Source: Acidocella sp. (GTDB lineage: Bacteria; Pseudomonadota; Alphaproteobacteria; Acetobacterales; Acetobacteraceae). From it: 61,849 nucleotides of DNA. A model generated the notes under the pieces. That model had not been told where the DNA came from and searched no databases. It saw only the letters and a program-made list of their open reading frames with translations. Below are positions 60,031 to 61,849 of this stretch, piece by piece. A program made the translations under genes and the position numbers. Where the stretch lies: positions 1-61,849 of the forward strand of contig NZ_JABEVC010000220.1 in the NCBI RefSeq assembly GCF_013044125.1, written 5' to 3'. Every line of letters starts with the position of its first letter. The first letter of the stretch is position 1.

Positions 60031-61683
60031 ATGACTGAGAAGTTCGAATGGGATCTGGAGGTTGACGTCGCCGTTCTGGGCTCCGGCGGCGCCGCCCTGA
60101 CAGCGGCGATCTCAGCGCATGATTTCGGCGCCAAGGATGTCGTCATCCTGGAAAAATCCGGGATGGCCGGCGGGACAACCGCGATGTCCGGCGGCATGCT
60201 CTGGATCCCCAACAACCATTATCAGCGCGAAGCGGGGATCGAGGAGTCCGACGACGACATCGTCGCCTACCTCGAAGCCCTTGCGCCGGACGGGCTGGAC
60301 CCCGAAACCCTCGGCGCGTTCATGGAGAGCGGCCCGGAGATGATCCGTTATTTCACGGACAAAACCCCCGTCCGCTTCCATGCCTATGCCGACTTCCCCG
60401 ACTATCAGCCCTACCTGCCGGGCGCCAAGGCCGATGGCGGGCGTTCGCTCGACAACGAGGCCTTCTCCTTCGAGCTGCTCGGCAAATGGGCGAGCCGGGT
60501 GAACCCATCCAAAATGGCCTACCCATTACGCGGCAGCCTGATGGAGGCGATCAACGGCACGCTGGATGAAGCCTCCCTCGCCGAGCGCGAAAAACACGAT
60601 TACCGGGGTTTGGGACAGGCGCTGGTCGGCTCCCTGCTCAGGGCCGTGCTGGATCGCAACATCCCGATTGAATTCGAAAAACGCGCGCGCAAGCTGGTGA
60701 AGGATGGTGAGCGGGTCATCGGCGTCATCGCCGGAGATGCCAACGGCCGCGACTTTCGCGTGCGTGCCCGCCGCGGCGTGGTCATCGCCACCGGCGGCTT
60801 CGAGTGGAACGAGGCGCTGGTCAAAACCTTCCTGCGCGGCCCGCTGACCGGGCCGGTGAGCGTGCCGGAGAACGAGGGCGACGGCCTGCTGATGGCGATC
60901 GAGGCCGGCGCCCAGCTGGGCAACATGCAAAATGCCTTCTGGCAGCAGAGCGTGCTCGAATTCAAACCCCAGCACCGCAACGCCAAACCCAACTACATGC
61001 TGGGCTCGGACGAACGCGCCCGCCCGGGCGCCATTCTGGTCAACCGCGCGGGCAAGCGGTTCATGAACGAGGCCGCCAACTACAACGCCATGGGCAAGGC
61101 GCTGCACGCCTTCGACGCCGGGCGCCATACCTACGCCAACCTGCCCTACTGGCTGATCATCGATCAGCACTACAAGGACAAATACCCAACCTTCACCTCC
61201 CCGCCGGGATCTCCCATCCCGCCCTATATGATGCAGGCCGCTACGCTGGAGGAGCTGGCCGCAAAGGCGGGGATCGACGGCGAAGGCCTGAAGGCCACCG
61301 TCGCGCGGTTCAACGCCATGGTCCGCAAGGGCCATGACGATGACTTCAACCGTGGCGGCAATACTTACGACAATTTCTACATGTGGGGTGATCCCGCCTT
61401 CGAGCCCCCGTATCGCACCCTGGGCGTGATCGGCCAGGCCCCCTATTACGCCGTCAAAATGGAGTCCGGCGCTTTGGGCACCTGCGGGGGGCCAAAGACC
61501 AACGGCGACGCCCAGGTGCTGGATTGGAGCGGCAACCCGATCCCCGGTCTCTACGCGGCGGGCAACGCCATGGCCGCGGTGCTGGGCGAAGCCTACGGCG
61601 GCGCCGGCGGAACATTGGGCCCGGGCATGACCTTCGGCTACATCGCCGGCCGTCACCTCGGAACCCATATGCCTAATCACTAG
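60031..61683 (+). CDS. FAD-dependent 3-ketosteroid delta1-dehydrogenase-like flavoprotein
   Basis: GSGGAA, GGTTAMSGG.LWIP, PDY, RFMNEAANY, YGGAGGTLGPGMTFGY. Confidence 0.82.
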   Translation: MTEKFEWDLEVDVAVLGSGGAALTAAISAHDFGAKDVVILEKSGMAGGTTAMSGGMLWIPNNHYQREAGIEESDDDIVAYLEALAPDGLDPETLGAFMESGPEMIRYFTDKTPVRFHAYADFPDYQPYLPGAKADGGRSLDNEAFSFELLGKWASRVNPSKMAYPLRGSLMEAINGTLDEASLAEREKHDYRGLGQALVGSLLRAVLDRNIPIEFEKRARKLVKDGERVIGVIAGDANGRDFRVRARRGVVIATGGFEWNEALVKTFLRGPLTGPVSVPENEGDGLLMAIEAGAQLGNMQNAFWQQSVLEFKPQHRNAKPNYMLGSDERARPGAILVNRAGKRFMNEAANYNAMGKALHAFDAGRHTYANLPYWLIIDQHYKDKYPTFTSPPGSPIPPYMMQAATLEELAAKAGIDGEGLKATVARFNAMVRKGHDDDFNRGGNTYDNFYMWGDPAFEPPYRTLGVIGQAPYYAVKMESGALGTCGGPKTNGDAQVLDWSGNPIPGLYAAGNAMAAVLGEAYGGAGGTLGPGMTFGYIAGRHLGTHMPNH

Positions 61684-61713
61684 TACCCTGCGTCATTCAT
61701 GACGCAGGGTACT
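61682..61713. repeat. Near-perfect 32-bp inverted repeat at the stop codon
   Basis: AGTACCCTGCGTCA-ttca-TGACGCAGGGTACT, no U-tract. Confidence 0.7.
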
Positions 61714-61849
61714 GCGCGCGGGTTGGTGGGCGGCGCGCGCTAAATATGACGCTAGCGCTACTTTGGCATATTTTTATTAGCGTTTTTTGTCAGGGGCGTG
61801 TCACAGTGCGGGCATCGTCGAGGTGGAGGCTGTGCCAAGAGATTGAGGA

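Noticed and set aside
19620-61683. Calling the island a classical steroid or aromatic degradation cluster
   Set aside because: No extradiol dioxygenase, meta-cleavage hydrolase, HsaAB, thiolase or oxygenase beta subunits recognisable
61752-61786. TAGCGCTA LacI-like core near window end
   Set aside because: Short, and the target gene is outside the window

Overview
High-GC alphaproteobacterial chromosomal segment (Acetobacteraceae/Acidocella-like is an inference). There are no rRNA, tRNA, CRISPR, transposase or integrase signals. The left ~19.5 kb is ordinary metabolism: a polyol ABC transporter, a LysR-gcdH-CoA transferase-puuD-ALDH-gabT cluster, an MFP/RND pair, sahR-metF, and thiC with a TPP riboswitch. 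The right ~42 kb (19.5-61.7 kb) is a dense catabolic island for an unidentified hydrophobic, probably alicyclic/terpenoid/steroid-like substrate. It holds a DUF1302-DUF1329-YCF48-MMPL envelope module, an acoABC-like complex with acyl-CoA ligase and enone reductase, three beta-less Rieske oxygenases with one ferredoxin, six SDRs and five acyl-CoA dehydrogenase-family genes. It also has an LvaD/LvaC/ACAD10-kinase-like module, ThuA/VOC/EthD/NTF2 accessory proteins and a KstD-like flavoprotein. The intergenic DNA suggests two regulons: a TTGTATA(C/T)A motif at six promoter regions (an identical 19-mer recurs 32 kb apart; probably the island GntR), and four 20-bp lux-box-like sites around a LuxR solo lacking AHL-binding residues. 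All family assignments come from motif recognition and recall, not from database searches.
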